Assembly (NCBI GenBank): GCA_037447125.1 | Contig: JBBIHG010000003.1 | Location: 8,493 to 72,492, forward strand | DNA length: 64,000 bases | Reading direction: 5' to 3' | DNA from: Chloroflexota bacterium | Lineage (GTDB): Bacteria; Chloroflexota; Anaerolineae; Aggregatilineales; Aggregatilineaceae | Shown here: piece after piece, positions 8,609-20,734 of the stretch | How the letters are laid out: each line of letters starts with the position of its first letter | Position numbering within the stretch: the stretch's first letter is position 1 | Position numbers and translations under genes: made by a program | The notes under the pieces: model-generated | Database searches by the model: none | The model's input: the letters and a program-made list of their open reading frames with translations, nothing else | Told to the model about the DNA's origin: nothing

Positions 8609-9478
8609 CTATGCGTCTGGCTGCCAGACGTGCGCGTAATCCTGGGCGAACTGCTTGAAGGGGATCGAAGGGCGGCCCAACACGCGCGACACGTCGGGGA
8701 CGGTCGAGGAATACGCCCCCTGGCGCATAAGCTGGTAGACGATGCGCCACCACTTGGCCACCTGGCGATCCACGCCGGCAGCGCGCAAAGCCTGCGCCGC
8801 CTCATGATCGCTGATCGGCTCGTAGACGATCGGGCGGCCCAGCACTTTGCTCAACAGTGCCGCCTGCTCGCGCGCGCTGAGCAGGTGCTCGCCCAGCGAA
8901 TAGACCCAGTTGCGGTGCCCGTCTTCGGTCAGGACGACGACGGCGACCTCGGCCACGTCGCGCAGGTCTACGCTGCTGATCTGCGCCTCGCCGAGCGGCA
9001 GGCGCAGTACCCCCCGGCGAATGCCCTCGCGCAGCGAGTCATCGGTGACGAAGTTCTGGAAGAACCAGCCAGAGCGCAGGATGGTGTAGTCCACGCCGGA
9101 CTGCATGAGGTACTGCTCGACCACCCACTGCGAGGAGAGGTAGATTTTATCCGTGCCCATCGCCGAGATGAAGACGATGTGCTCCACCCCGGCCTGGCGC
9201 GCGTAGGCGATCAGGCGGGCGATCTGCCCCTCCTGCGACTCGAAATCGCCGGGCGGCATGACCAGCAGCAGCCGGTCGGCGCTGTCGAAAACCGCCGGGT
9301 ACGTCGCCGGATCGCCATAGTCGAAGGCGGCGATCTCGGCGCTCCCCCAGTCCGGGGGCAGGGCCGCGCTCGCGTCGTCCGCCGCCGCCCGGACGCGCAC
9401 CCCGCGCCCGGCCAGCCGCCGCACGACCTCGCCGCCCACGCGCCGCGAGGCTCCCGTGACCAAGATGATGCCGCTCAC
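8609..9478 (-). CDS. NmrA-like / SDR-family NAD(P)-binding protein
   Basis: Rossmann N-terminus 'ILVTGASRRVGGEVVRRL'. About 289 aa with NmrA-like layout. Confidence 0.7.
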   Translation of the reverse strand: MSGIILVTGASRRVGGEVVRRLAGRGVRVRAAADDASAALPPDWGSAEIAAFDYGDPATYPAVFDSADRLLLVMPPGDFESQEGQIARLIAYARQAGVEHIVFISAMGTDKIYLSSQWVVEQYLMQSGVDYTILRSGWFFQNFVTDDSLREGIRRGVLRLPLGEAQISSVDLRDVAEVAVVVLTEDGHRNWVYSLGEHLLSAREQAALLSKVLGRPIVYEPISDHEAAQALRAAGVDRQVAKWWRIVYQLMRQGAYSSTVPDVSRVLGRPSIPFKQFAQDYAHVWQPDA

Positions 9479-9540
9479 CCGATCCTGCCTCCCCTGGCAG
9501 TCCTGCGCTTAGCTCTCTGAGCGTGTTTGTTAAGTCGTTC

Positions 9541-9597
9541 CCCCCGCCCCTAACCGCTCCCCTTCCCTCATTTTGGGGGAAGGGGCTGGGGAATGGG
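9541..9597. repeat. GGGGAAGGGG-type intergenic hairpin repeat (REP-B family)
   Basis: 'CTCCCCTTCCCTC ATTTT GGGGGAAGGGGCTGGGGAATGGG'. Related copies at 35472-35574, 45617-45751 and 47680-47780. Confidence 0.75.
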
Positions 9598-9699
9598 AGC
9601 TTTTACAGACACACTCTCTGTCCTCATTCTACCGCAGGCCCAACGAAAAGGGCGATCCCTTCCCTGCGGATCGCCCCACGAACTCACGAATAGGCCGCC

Positions 9700-11247
9700 C
9701 TACAGCAGCACATACAGCGCGTGCGCCGCGTCGGTTGCCCAGTTGAGCAGCGGCGTGACCAGAATCGTGCCGAAGAGCAGCACGCCCGCCGCTGAAATGG
9801 TCAGCGCCCACTTGAAGGGCGGGTCCACTGGCACCGGCTCGTCGGACGGGCTTTCTTCCATGTACATGACCTTGACGACGATCAGGTAGTAGTACAGGCC
9901 GACGATCACGTTGGCCACGCCGACCAGGGCCAGCCAGACCAGCCCGGCATCCACCGCCGCGCGGAAGAGCAAGAACTTGCCGATGAAGCCCGCCGCCGGA
10001 GGGATACCCGCCAGGCTGAGCAGGGCCAGGGTCATGGCCAGCCCCAGCCAGGGGCTGCGCCGGCTGAAGCCGGCCAGGTCGCGAATCTGCTCGCTGCCGG
10101 TTGCCCGTGTGAAGAGGATGACCACGGCGAAAGCCAGCATGTTCGACAGCACGTACATGAACATGTAGAAGGCCACCGCCGCCGCTCCGTCGCCGCTTTT
10201 GTCGGTGGAGATGGCCGCCACGCCCATCAGCACGTAGCCAGCATGGGCGATGGTCGAATAAGCCAGCAGGCGCTTGATGTTGCTCTGTACCAGAGCCAGC
10301 AGGTTGCCCAGCGTCATCGAGACGACCGACAGCACGACGGCAAGCTGCACCCACAGGGCGCTGTAGTCGGCAACCGCCTCGGCGGCGCCGAGCAGTGCGG
10401 CCGGCGGGAAGACCGCCAGCAAGAAGCGCAGCATCAGCCCGACACTGGCCGCTTTGCTGGCCGTGCTCAGCACGGCGGTGACGGACGTGGGCGCGCCCTC
10501 ATAGACATCTGGCGTCCAGAAGTGGAACGGCACGGCGCTGATCTTGAAGGCGAAGCCCGCCATAACCAGCCCCAGGGCGACGATCACCGGCGGCTCGTTG
10601 AGGCCGGTGGTGGCGACCAGGCGGCCCAACTCGTAGATGTTCGTCTTGCCGGTCAGCCCATAAACCAGCGACAGGCCGTAGAGCGTTATCGCTGAAGCGA
10701 AGGCGCCGAACAGGAAATACTTGAGGCCCGCCTCCGCGCTGGCGTCATCGTCGCGCAGGTAGCCGGCCAGCACGTACAGCGCGATCGAGAGCGTCTCCAG
10801 CGCCAGGAAGACCATGATCAGGTCGGCAGCGGCGCTGGCCAGGCTGGCCCCGATGATCGAGACAATCAGGATGGCGTAGAAATCGCCGCGCGCGCGCAGC
10901 TTGGGAATGCCCATCGTGATCAGCGCGCCGATGCCGCCCGCCAGCAAGACCATCACCCGGAAAATCTGGGTCATGTCGTCGTGGCGCACCATGCCACCAA
11001 GCACAAGCTGATCCGTCAGTTCCCCGCTTTGCGGAGGGACACCCACCAGGAAGACGATTGCCGCGATGCCCAGCAGGCCGAACCCGGCCACATAGCCAAT
11101 GTCCTGGCGCTGCGCCCGTCGCCAGATCAGGTCGAGGGCCAGCACCAGCACGGCCAGGGCCACCATCAGGAGTTCGGGTAGGATAGCGATGACGCTCGCC
11201 TGGGCGTCCGTCGAGAAGTCCAAGTCAGCCTCCCAGCATCGAAACAA
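9700..11247 (-). CDS. nuoN: NADH-quinone oxidoreductase subunit N
   Basis: 'FHFWTPDVYEGAPTSVTAVLSTASKAAS' NuoN signature; polytopic membrane protein. The start is uncertain and overlaps the nuoM stop by 23 nt. Confidence 0.88.
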   Translation of the reverse strand: MFRCWEADLDFSTDAQASVIAILPELLMVALAVLVLALDLIWRRAQRQDIGYVAGFGLLGIAAIVFLVGVPPQSGELTDQLVLGGMVRHDDMTQIFRVMVLLAGGIGALITMGIPKLRARGDFYAILIVSIIGASLASAAADLIMVFLALETLSIALYVLAGYLRDDDASAEAGLKYFLFGAFASAITLYGLSLVYGLTGKTNIYELGRLVATTGLNEPPVIVALGLVMAGFAFKISAVPFHFWTPDVYEGAPTSVTAVLSTASKAASVGLMLRFLLAVFPPAALLGAAEAVADYSALWVQLAVVLSVVSMTLGNLLALVQSNIKRLLAYSTIAHAGYVLMGVAAISTDKSGDGAAAVAFYMFMYVLSNMLAFAVVILFTRATGSEQIRDLAGFSRRSPWLGLAMTLALLSLAGIPPAAGFIGKFLLFRAAVDAGLVWLALVGVANVIVGLYYYLIVVKVMYMEESPSDEPVPVDPPFKWALTISAAGVLLFGTILVTPLLNWATDAAHALYVLL

Positions 11248-12829
11248 TCGGCCTGACGCCGGACTCGATCATCGGCGCCATCACGCGGGGATAGACGCCG
11301 AGCAAGACCAGCCAGAAGACGAGGATGATCAGCGCGACTTTGTCGTAGACAGTGATCGTCGCGATGTGTGGGAAGCGCTCGGCGTGGAACTCGCCGAAGA
11401 AGACCTGCCCCACGACGCGCAGCACGTAAGCCGCCGTGATGACGATACCCAGCGCCGCGATCATCGCGATCAGCCCGTAGTAGTTGAAGGTGCCTGTCAG
11501 CCAGTTCGGGTCCGGGTCGAAGGCCGGGCCGTTCCACAGGCCGAGGAAGATGGGGAACTCGGCGACGAACCCGCTCAGGCCGGGCATGCCCATGCTCACC
11601 AGACCGCCGATGATGAAGGCCACCGCCACCCAGGGCATTTTCTGGACGAAGCCACCCAGGCTGGGGATGTCGCGGGTGTGGGCGCGGTCGTAGACCATGC
11701 CCACGCAGGCGAAGAAGAGGGCCGTCATGATGCCGTGCGAGAACATCTGCAGGCCCGCGCCGGTCATGCCGGTGACGTTCATGGTGGCGAAGCCCATGCT
11801 CACCAGCCCCATATGGCTGACCGAGGAGAAGCCGATGACATACTTGAAATCGCGCTGGCGCATGGCGATCAGCGCGCCATAGACCACGTTGATCAGCGTC
11901 AGAAAGACGATCCAGGGCAGGTGCACGCGCGCGCCCTCGGGCATGAGTTGCACGCCGACGCGCAGCGCGGCGAACGCGCCCAGCTTCATCAGCACGCCGG
12001 CGTGGATCATCGAGACGGCGGTCGGCGCGGCCACATGACCATCCGGCGACCAGTTGTGGAACGGCCACACACCGGCCAGCACGCCGAAGCCCAGGAAGAC
12101 CAGCGGGAACCACAGCTTGGCCGTCGTCACCGCCGACCACGCTGGCGAGAACGGCGTGTCGAACGCGCCCGCTTTCATCGCCGCGTGCAGGTGCACGAAG
12201 TCGAAGCTGTAGACGCCTGTGGCGTGGCCCGCCTTGAAGTAGAGGGCCAGGATGCCGATCAGCGCCACCACCGACCCGACCAGGATGTAGAGCGTCAGCT
12301 TCATGGCCGCGTACTGGCGCGTCTGGTCCCATCCCCAGATGACGATCAGGAAGTACATGGGGAAGATGGCCAGCTCGTAGAAGAAGAACAGCACGAACAG
12401 GTCAACGGCCAGGAAGACGCCGAACACGCCCGCCACCAGCAACAGGAAGAAGGCCATGAACTCGCGCGGGCGGTCTTCGATGCCCCACGAGATGAGCACG
12501 CCGGTGAAGCCAGCGATGGCCGTCAGCAGGACCATCGGCGCGCTGATGCCATCCACGCCCAAGTGCCACGAGATGCCCACCGCCTCGATCCACTTGACAT
12601 GATCCTCGAAGGCGAAGTACAGCCCGCCGTCGCCGTTGACGGCGTTGGCCTCGTCCACGCTGTAGCCGAAGAAGACAAAGAGCGCCAGCAACAGGGTAAG
12701 GCCGGTGGACATGGCGGCGATGATCCGCGCCTGCTCTTTGGCTTCCTTCTTGAGCAGGAGGATGACCACCGCGCCGACGATCGGCGTCAGGAGGATGCCC
12801 GTCAACACACCGCTAAACGTAATGACCAT
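11225..12829 (-). CDS. nuoM: NADH-quinone oxidoreductase subunit M (divergent copy, proximal to nuoN)
   Basis: 'ISWHLGVDGISAPMVLLT' and 'FHNWSPDGHVAAPTAVSMIHAGVLMKLGAFAALR'. Confidence 0.88.
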   Translation of the reverse strand: MVITFSGVLTGILLTPIVGAVVILLLKKEAKEQARIIAAMSTGLTLLLALFVFFGYSVDEANAVNGDGGLYFAFEDHVKWIEAVGISWHLGVDGISAPMVLLTAIAGFTGVLISWGIEDRPREFMAFFLLLVAGVFGVFLAVDLFVLFFFYELAIFPMYFLIVIWGWDQTRQYAAMKLTLYILVGSVVALIGILALYFKAGHATGVYSFDFVHLHAAMKAGAFDTPFSPAWSAVTTAKLWFPLVFLGFGVLAGVWPFHNWSPDGHVAAPTAVSMIHAGVLMKLGAFAALRVGVQLMPEGARVHLPWIVFLTLINVVYGALIAMRQRDFKYVIGFSSVSHMGLVSMGFATMNVTGMTGAGLQMFSHGIMTALFFACVGMVYDRAHTRDIPSLGGFVQKMPWVAVAFIIGGLVSMGMPGLSGFVAEFPIFLGLWNGPAFDPDPNWLTGTFNYYGLIAMIAALGIVITAAYVLRVVGQVFFGEFHAERFPHIATITVYDKVALIILVFWLVLLGVYPRVMAPMIESGVRPIVSMLGG

Positions 12830-12858
12830 GCATAAGCCTCCTATGCGTGCAGGAGAGT

Positions 12859-13209
12859 CTAGGTGTCCGCATCCACGTCAGGTGGCACCAGCGGTTCGAT
12901 CAGCGCAATCAACTCCGGAATCTCGTGCTGGACAACACGCCACACCACGTCCAGGTCCACATCGTCGTATTTATGAACCAGCTGATTGCGCATGCCAATG
13001 ATGCTTCTCCAGGGTATCTCAGGGTGCATCTCCCGAAACTCCTCCGATACCCGTCGTGCCGCCTCGCCTATGATCTGAATCGAATGCACGATGGCATACT
13101 GCCTCATCGCATCCTCAGCGAGACCATCCCGGTCCACACCCTGCGCAAACTGCTGCGCCAGGCGCGCTGAGTCCAGAATGTCAAGCAGATACGCCAGATC
13201 GCGCGACAT
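12859..13209 (-). CDS. hepT: HepT (DUF86/HEPN) toxin of a type VII HepT-MntA TA pair
   Basis: Rx4HxY motif 'RNQLVHKY'. ATG at 13209 (MSRDLAYLLDIL) overlaps the mntA 3' end by 29 nt. Confidence 0.85.
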   Translation of the reverse strand: MSRDLAYLLDILDSARLAQQFAQGVDRDGLAEDAMRQYAIVHSIQIIGEAARRVSEEFREMHPEIPWRSIIGMRNQLVHKYDDVDLDVVWRVVQHEIPELIALIEPLVPPDVDADT

Positions 13210-13519
13210 AGATCGTCTTGGCCGAGCGCAGGATCGCCCGGCGACGAAGATAATTCCGACTTTCTTCAACTGCGCGTCGGTTGACCAGGTCTACCCGGCG
13301 ACCGAATACCGCCTCGACTTCCTCTTGCATGGCGATCAAGTCGTCCAGTGACCGTTCACTCCCTGGCGCGAACGTCACCAGCACATCAATGTCACTGTCC
13401 GCGCCGAAGTCATCGCGCAGCACCGAGCCAAACAGCGCCAGTTCGTCAATCTGCCAGCGGCGGCAGAAACGCTCCAGCGCCTCTGTGGGCAATGCGACGC
13501 GCGCTTCGTCCCCGGTCAC
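13181..13519 (-). CDS. mntA: MntA minimal nucleotidyltransferase antitoxin
   Basis: GSx10DxD motif 'LFGSVLRDDFGADSDIDVLV'. Starts 13 nt after the stop of the upstream nuoM paralog. Confidence 0.85.
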   Translation of the reverse strand: MTGDEARVALPTEALERFCRRWQIDELALFGSVLRDDFGADSDIDVLVTFAPGSERSLDDLIAMQEEVEAVFGRRVDLVNRRAVEESRNYLRRRAILRSAKTIYVARSGVSA

Positions 13520-13531
13520 GCTCGCCCTTCC

Positions 13532-15250
13532 TTACCCGCCCAGGAAGCGGACCACGCCATCGTTGATCACCCGCAAGACCCAGTTCGGATACAGCCCGGT
13601 GATCAGCATCAGTGCCATCAGCGGCGCCAGCGCGATCAGCTCGCGCCGCTCGATCTCCAGCGAATGCCGCGTGCGATGGTACTCGGCCCATTCCTCGTTC
13701 AGCGGGCCGTGCAGCAGCTTCTGAATCCCCTTGAGGATGTAGATGCCCGTCACCAGCAGGCCGGCCATGCTCAGCAGCACGTAGACCGGGTACGCCTTGA
13801 ACGACCCCGACACGACCAGGAACTCGCCCACAAAGCCGTTCAGCCCCGGCAGGCCCAGCGAGGCCATGCTCACGAAGATGAGCGCCGCCCCGTATACAGG
13901 CACCAGCGGCCACAGCCCGCCGAAGCGGCGCAGATCGCGCGTGTGCGCCTTGTGATAGATCGCCCCGGCCAGCAAGAACATGCCCGCGCTGCTCAGCCCG
14001 TGATTGAACATCTGCAACACCGCGCCGTTGAGCGCCAGCCGCGCATCCTGCCGGTCGGACTCGCGCAGCTCCGCCGGATAGACCTGCTCCACTGTGTCAG
14101 CCAGTTGGGTAGCAGTCATCTTCTCGTAGCCGTCAATCCCGGCCACGCCGGCCAGCAACCCATACTGGTTGTTGGCCTCGGCCCACACCGTGCCGTACAT
14201 CAGCGCGGCCACGGCCAGCCCCAGCACGACAAAGCCCATGTGATTCACCGACGAGTAGGCGACCAGCCGCTTGAAGTCGTTCTGGCCCCACGCCCCCAGC
14301 GCCCCCAGGACAATGCCCGCCATGGCCAGGAAGCCGAGAATGTCCACCAGGTTGTAGCTGAGGCTGAACAACTGCCGCTCGACGATCCACTCCTTGGGGA
14401 AAAGGGGGATGGCCAGCCGCAGGAACCCATACGCGCCCAACTTGAGCAGCACGCCGGCCAGCAGCATCGAGCCGGCGGTCGGCGCTTCGGTGTGCGCGTC
14501 GGGCAGCCAGGTGTGGAACGGCCAGGCCGGAATCTTGATCAGAAAGGCGATGGTGAAGCCGAGCAGGGCGTAATACTTGACAATGCTCACATCCACGCCC
14601 AGAATCTCGCCCCCGCGCATCAGGTAGCGCGGCCATTCCTGGAGCATCACCGGGATGTCGAAGCTCCCCACCGTCAGGCCGATGAGCTGCGTGGCCAGGA
14701 GCAAGCCCAGCGACCCGGCCATTGTGTACAGGAAGAACTTGTTGGCCGCATAGCGCCGGTTCTCGCCGCCCCACAGGTAGATCAGGAAGTACATCGGCAC
14801 CAGCCCGATCTCCCAAAAGAGGAAGAAGATCACCATGTCCAGCGCCACGAAGACGCCGAGTAGCCCTGTCTCCAGGAAGAGGAAGAGGGCCATGTGCGCC
14901 TGCACCCGGTCTTTGACCTCGAACGAGATCAGGATGGCCAGCGGGACGAGCAGGCCGGTCAGCAGGATCATGGTCGCGCTCAGGCCATCCACGCCCACGT
15001 GCCACGAGATGTTGAGCTGCGGGAACCACTGCGCCTGCGCTTCAAAGGACCATTGGCCAGCGCCGGGCGGGTTGGCGTGGACGTCGTAGAAGACGCCGAT
15101 GGCCATGACCATCACCACCAGGCTGATGACCAGCGCCGTCCAGCGCGCCAGGCGCTCGCGCCCCCGCGGGATGATGAAAACCACCGCCGCGCCGACGATC
15201 GGCAGCAGGGTCATCGTGGTCAGAAAATCGAGGGGCAGAATATCATTCAT
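13532..15250 (-). CDS. nuoM: NADH-quinone oxidoreductase subunit M, second copy (572 aa, with an internal ~50 aa insertion)
   Basis: 'ISWHVGVDGLSATMILLT' and 'FHTWLPDAHTEAPTAGSMLLAGVLLKLGAYGFLR'. Confidence 0.9.
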   Translation of the reverse strand: MNDILPLDFLTTMTLLPIVGAAVVFIIPRGRERLARWTALVISLVVMVMAIGVFYDVHANPPGAGQWSFEAQAQWFPQLNISWHVGVDGLSATMILLTGLLVPLAILISFEVKDRVQAHMALFLFLETGLLGVFVALDMVIFFLFWEIGLVPMYFLIYLWGGENRRYAANKFFLYTMAGSLGLLLATQLIGLTVGSFDIPVMLQEWPRYLMRGGEILGVDVSIVKYYALLGFTIAFLIKIPAWPFHTWLPDAHTEAPTAGSMLLAGVLLKLGAYGFLRLAIPLFPKEWIVERQLFSLSYNLVDILGFLAMAGIVLGALGAWGQNDFKRLVAYSSVNHMGFVVLGLAVAALMYGTVWAEANNQYGLLAGVAGIDGYEKMTATQLADTVEQVYPAELRESDRQDARLALNGAVLQMFNHGLSSAGMFLLAGAIYHKAHTRDLRRFGGLWPLVPVYGAALIFVSMASLGLPGLNGFVGEFLVVSGSFKAYPVYVLLSMAGLLVTGIYILKGIQKLLHGPLNEEWAEYHRTRHSLEIERRELIALAPLMALMLITGLYPNWVLRVINDGVVRFLGG

Positions 15251-15361
15251 CTGCGTGTGCTTCTCCTTCTCACCGGAGTATCACCGGCGTCGCGCGCAGG
15301 CCCCGCGCCCCGCTGCGCCAGCCAGTCAGCCGGGCGCGGGGCGGCAGGGCAGGACGCCGCG

Positions 15362-17623
<2,262 letters not shown>

Positions 17624-17646
17624 AAGCCATTCCTGCCTGTTCGTTG

Positions 17647-17681
17647 TCAGTGGTCAGTGATCAGTTCTCAGTGGTCGGTCG
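17647..17681. repeat. Short heptamer tandem repeat (TCAGTGG TCAGTGA TCAGTTC TCAGTGG TCGGTCG)
   Basis: Read directly in the nuoK-nuoL spacer. Confidence 0.6.
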
Positions 17682-17742
17682 GCGTCCGCGTGGGCGAGAC
17701 GATGCATGACCTGACCGCTGACTGCTGAAAGCTGATGACTCC

Positions 17743-18051
17743 TCACCACTTGAGCATATTCACGTCTTCGGCAATGATTGACTGGCGCTTGCGATAGATG
17801 CTGATGATCAGCGCCAGGCCGACGGCCACTTCCGCTGCCGCCACCACGAACACGAACACGGCGAACGCCTGCCCGCTGAGGTCAACCGGCGTGTTGTAGC
17901 GCCAGAAAGCGACCAGGTTGATGTTGACTGCGTTCAACATCAGCTCAATGCTCATCAAGATAGCGATGGCGTTGCGCCGCGAGAGCACGCCGAACAGGCC
18001 CGTGCTGAACAGCGCCGCCGCCACCACCAGGTACATCCACAATGGCACCAT
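17743..18051 (-). CDS. nuoK: NADH-quinone oxidoreductase subunit K
   Basis: 102 aa, three TM helices, '[17 protein letters not shown]'. Confidence 0.92.
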   Translation of the reverse strand: MVPLWMYLVVAAALFSTGLFGVLSRRNAIAILMSIELMLNAVNINLVAFWRYNTPVDLSGQAFAVFVFVVAAAEVAVGLALIISIYRKRQSIIAEDVNMLKW

Positions 18052-18086
18052 ACTCGTCCCTCGCCCCGGTCGTACCGCGCGACCGG

Positions 18087-18653
18087 CTAATCTTCGCCGC
18101 GCTCGTCTGCTTTCGCTTTGTCAGGGCTGACCAGCAAGACCGCCCCGATCAATGCCGCCATGAGCAGCACCGACGCCACCTCAAAGGGCAGCATGTATTT
18201 GTCCGGGGCCACCAGGTCCTTGCCCAGTTGGACGATGCTATCCGCTGGCACGTCCGCCGGACTCTTCTCGGTGAAGTCAGCGCTCCAGTCGTCCACGCCC
18301 AGGTCGTCCATGATCGGCGAGACGACCGACACCAGCAGCACGAAGAAAAAGGCGGCCAGCACCAGGTTGAGCGCCCACTGCCGGTTGAAGATGGCCGGGA
18401 CCTGGGTGACGCTCGGCGTGAGCATGATCGCCAGGATGATCAGGATGGCGATGGCCCCGATATAGACGACGACCTGCACACCGGCCAGGAACGGCGCGGC
18501 CAGCAGCACGAACAGCCCGGCCACGCCCAGCAGCGCCACCATCAGGTACAAACCGGCGTGAAACAGGTTGCGCGCCGAGACGACCAGCAAACCGCCACCC
18601 AGGGTGATCGCGCTCAAGATCAGGAATACAATGGACTCCGCTGTCAGTTCCAC
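18087..18653 (-). CDS. nuoJ: NADH-quinone oxidoreductase subunit J
   Basis: '[28 protein letters not shown]...[18 protein letters not shown]'. Confidence 0.9.
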   Translation of the reverse strand: MELTAESIVFLILSAITLGGGLLVVSARNLFHAGLYLMVALLGVAGLFVLLAAPFLAGVQVVVYIGAIAILIILAIMLTPSVTQVPAIFNRQWALNLVLAAFFFVLLVSVVSPIMDDLGVDDWSADFTEKSPADVPADSIVQLGKDLVAPDKYMLPFEVASVLLMAALIGAVLLVSPDKAKADERGED

Positions 18654-18662
18654 ACGCCCCTC

Positions 18663-19856
18663 CTAGTCGCCTGCACCGGCCACCGACTCGACTGGCAGAT
18701 CGGTCCCGGCCACGCGCGCCTCGATCCGCGCCCGCTCGCGGCGTCCCCGATCGGCCAGCAGCGCCCCGATGACCACGAGCATGGCCACATTGGTCAGCAG
18801 CAGGACCAGCGTGGGCACTACGGCCTCGCCGGCGCTGTTGATCTGGTTGCTGTTGGGGATCAGCTTCCACACCAGGGCGACGACGAGCAGGTTCGCCAGC
18901 CCGACCGGCACCAGGAATTTCCAGTTGAAATCGAGCAGGTGATCAATGCGCAGGCGCGGCAGCGTCATGCGCACCCAGACCAGCACCCAATAGACGAACA
19001 GGCTCTTGATCAGCAGGTAGAAAAAGCCCAGGATGGCCACATCCTCGGCGAACGGGCCGCGCCAGCCGCCCAGGAAGAGGATCGCCGTCAGCACGCCGAC
19101 AGTGAAGGCGTGCAGGAACTCGGCCACATAGAACATGCCGAACTTCATGCCCGAATACTCGATGTGAAAGCCGGATACCAGCTCGGACTCGGCTTCGAGC
19201 AGGTCGAACGGGCCGCGCCCGATCTCGGCCTGGCTGGAGATCAGGAAGATCAGCACGGTCAGCGGCACGGCGAACACGTACCAGAGGTGCTGTTCGCGCA
19301 CGATCTCCTGCGTGCTCATCGAGCCAGAGAGCAGCACTGGCACCAGCAGGGCCAGCACCAGCGGCACCTCGTAACTGACCAGTTGGGCGACCGCGCGGAA
19401 GGCCGACAGCAGCGCGTACTTGTTGTTGCTGCCCCAACCGGCCATGATCACCGCCACCGTGCCCAGCGACCCCACCGCCAGCAGGTAGAGCACACCGATG
19501 TTCAGGTCGGTGCCGATCCACACCGCGCTGAAAGGCACCACCGCCCAGATCAACGTCACGGCCAGCACTGACAGAATCGGGGCCAGGTTGTAAACCCAGC
19601 GGTCCACGCCCTTGTTCATGATGTCTTCTTTGAGCAGGATTTTGACGGTGTCGGCCACGGTCTGGATCAGCCCGAAGGGACCCACCCGGTTCGGCCCGAC
19701 GCGGTCCTGGAAGCGCGCGGCCCACTTGCGCTCCAGCCAGATGCCCAGCAGCGTCCACAGCAGGCCAAAGACGGCGACGACGATCACCCCGATCGCCTTG
19801 GCGATGAGCACTGCCAGATCGCGCGAGAACCCAATATCCTGTAACAGACCTGTCAT
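18663..19856 (-). CDS. nuoH: NADH-quinone oxidoreductase subunit H
   Basis: '[38 protein letters not shown]'-type NuoH signature. Only 9 nt separate its stop from the nuoJ start, so nuoI is not there. Confidence 0.93.
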   Translation of the reverse strand: [397 protein letters not shown]

Positions 19857-19962
19857 GGTCGCAGTCTCCGGCGAACGTCATTCATGATTCGGCCAACGCC
19901 GCAGGCCGTTGGCACAGCAAAAAGCCGGTACGCCCCCCTGCGCATACCGACTCTCTCTCCGG

Positions 19963-20322
19963 TTATGACCAGCGCAGCGCACCTTTGCGCCAGGTATAGA
20001 CGAGCGCGACAACCAGCAAGAAGATGAAGACGGCCATCTCGAACAGGGCGAACAGCCCCAACTGGTTGTAGGCCAGCGCCCAGGGGAATAGAAAGATCAG
20101 CTCGACACTAAAGATGACGAAGACCAGGGCGAAGACATAGTACTGCGCCCGGAACTGCGTCCATGGCGAGCCGACCATCTCGACGCCGCACTCGTAAGGT
20201 TGCTGCTTGACTCGATTCGGACGCCTGGGGGCGAGGAGTTTGCCCAAAACGATCGGGGCTGCTGGGAGCGTCCAGCCCAGCGCAAAGAAGAGGCCGATAA
20301 AAATCCATTCGTTCAAATTCAT
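19963..20322 (-). CDS. nuoA: NADH-quinone oxidoreductase subunit A
   Basis: ATG at 20322 (MNLNEWIFIGLFF), 'QPYECGVE' motif, 119 aa. The tracked longer ORF to 20550 runs over an intergenic repeat. Confidence 0.9.
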   Translation of the reverse strand: MNLNEWIFIGLFFALGWTLPAAPIVLGKLLAPRRPNRVKQQPYECGVEMVGSPWTQFRAQYYVFALVFVIFSVELIFLFPWALAYNQLGLFALFEMAVFIFLLVVALVYTWRKGALRWS

Positions 20323-20513
20323 TGCAGGCTCGCCCTCCAGTGTGATCTGGATGCACCGCACGCGCACGCGCCGGGCGCAACAGCCCGCTAGTATAACAAT
20401 CAGCCAGGGGATGGGCAATTTCCGGGCGCGTCGCGCCACCATTCTAGCACACGGCCCGGTGAACACAAAACCCGTGCCAGGGGGAACGCATCCGCACTTG
20501 GGGGCGCAATGCC

Positions 20514-20614
20514 TGAACCGCAGAGGCACAGAGGACGCAGAGGAGAGCATTTTGAGGAGAATGAACTATGGAAGATTCTCTGCTTTTCTCCGCGCTCTCT
20601 GCGTCTCGGCGGTG
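20514..20614. repeat. REP-A element, copy 1 of 5 (~85-100 bp, terminal inverted repeats GAACCGCAGAGGCRCAGAGG ... CTCTGCGTCTCGGCGGT)
   Basis: Related copies at 42623-42706, 47914-47999, 49430-49512 and 56311-56397. All are intergenic. Confidence 0.85.
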
Positions 20615-20734
20615 CTGCTTTCGCATGAACATCTGGCAAACGTCCGCCTTTGGCAGATCCAAACTTCGGCAGAAAGTCGTATATTCTGGTATGTTCTGGT
20701 ATCGCATTCGTTGCAGCTTCATGGAGGACACAAA

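Noticed and set aside
11099-12835. 578-aa plus-strand ORF (also 11166-12332 minus, alternate frame)
   Set aside because: Antisense or out of frame relative to nuoM. The highly charged R/D/H/E-rich translation has no motifs.
18654-18662. Missing nuoI between nuoH and nuoJ (possible mis-annotation)
   Set aside because: Only 9 nt separate the genes, and no 2x[4Fe-4S] CxxCxxCxxxCP ORF exists anywhere in 9.7-20.4 kb. The absence is real within this window.
18042-19571. 509-aa plus-strand ORF
   Set aside because: Antisense to nuoJ/nuoH. Low-complexity charged translation.
20207-20734. N-terminal 176 codons of the tracked 346-aa ORF
   Set aside because: This stretch covers antisense nuoA and a REP-A element. 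The CHRD protein has its own RBS, ATG and signal peptide at 20735.
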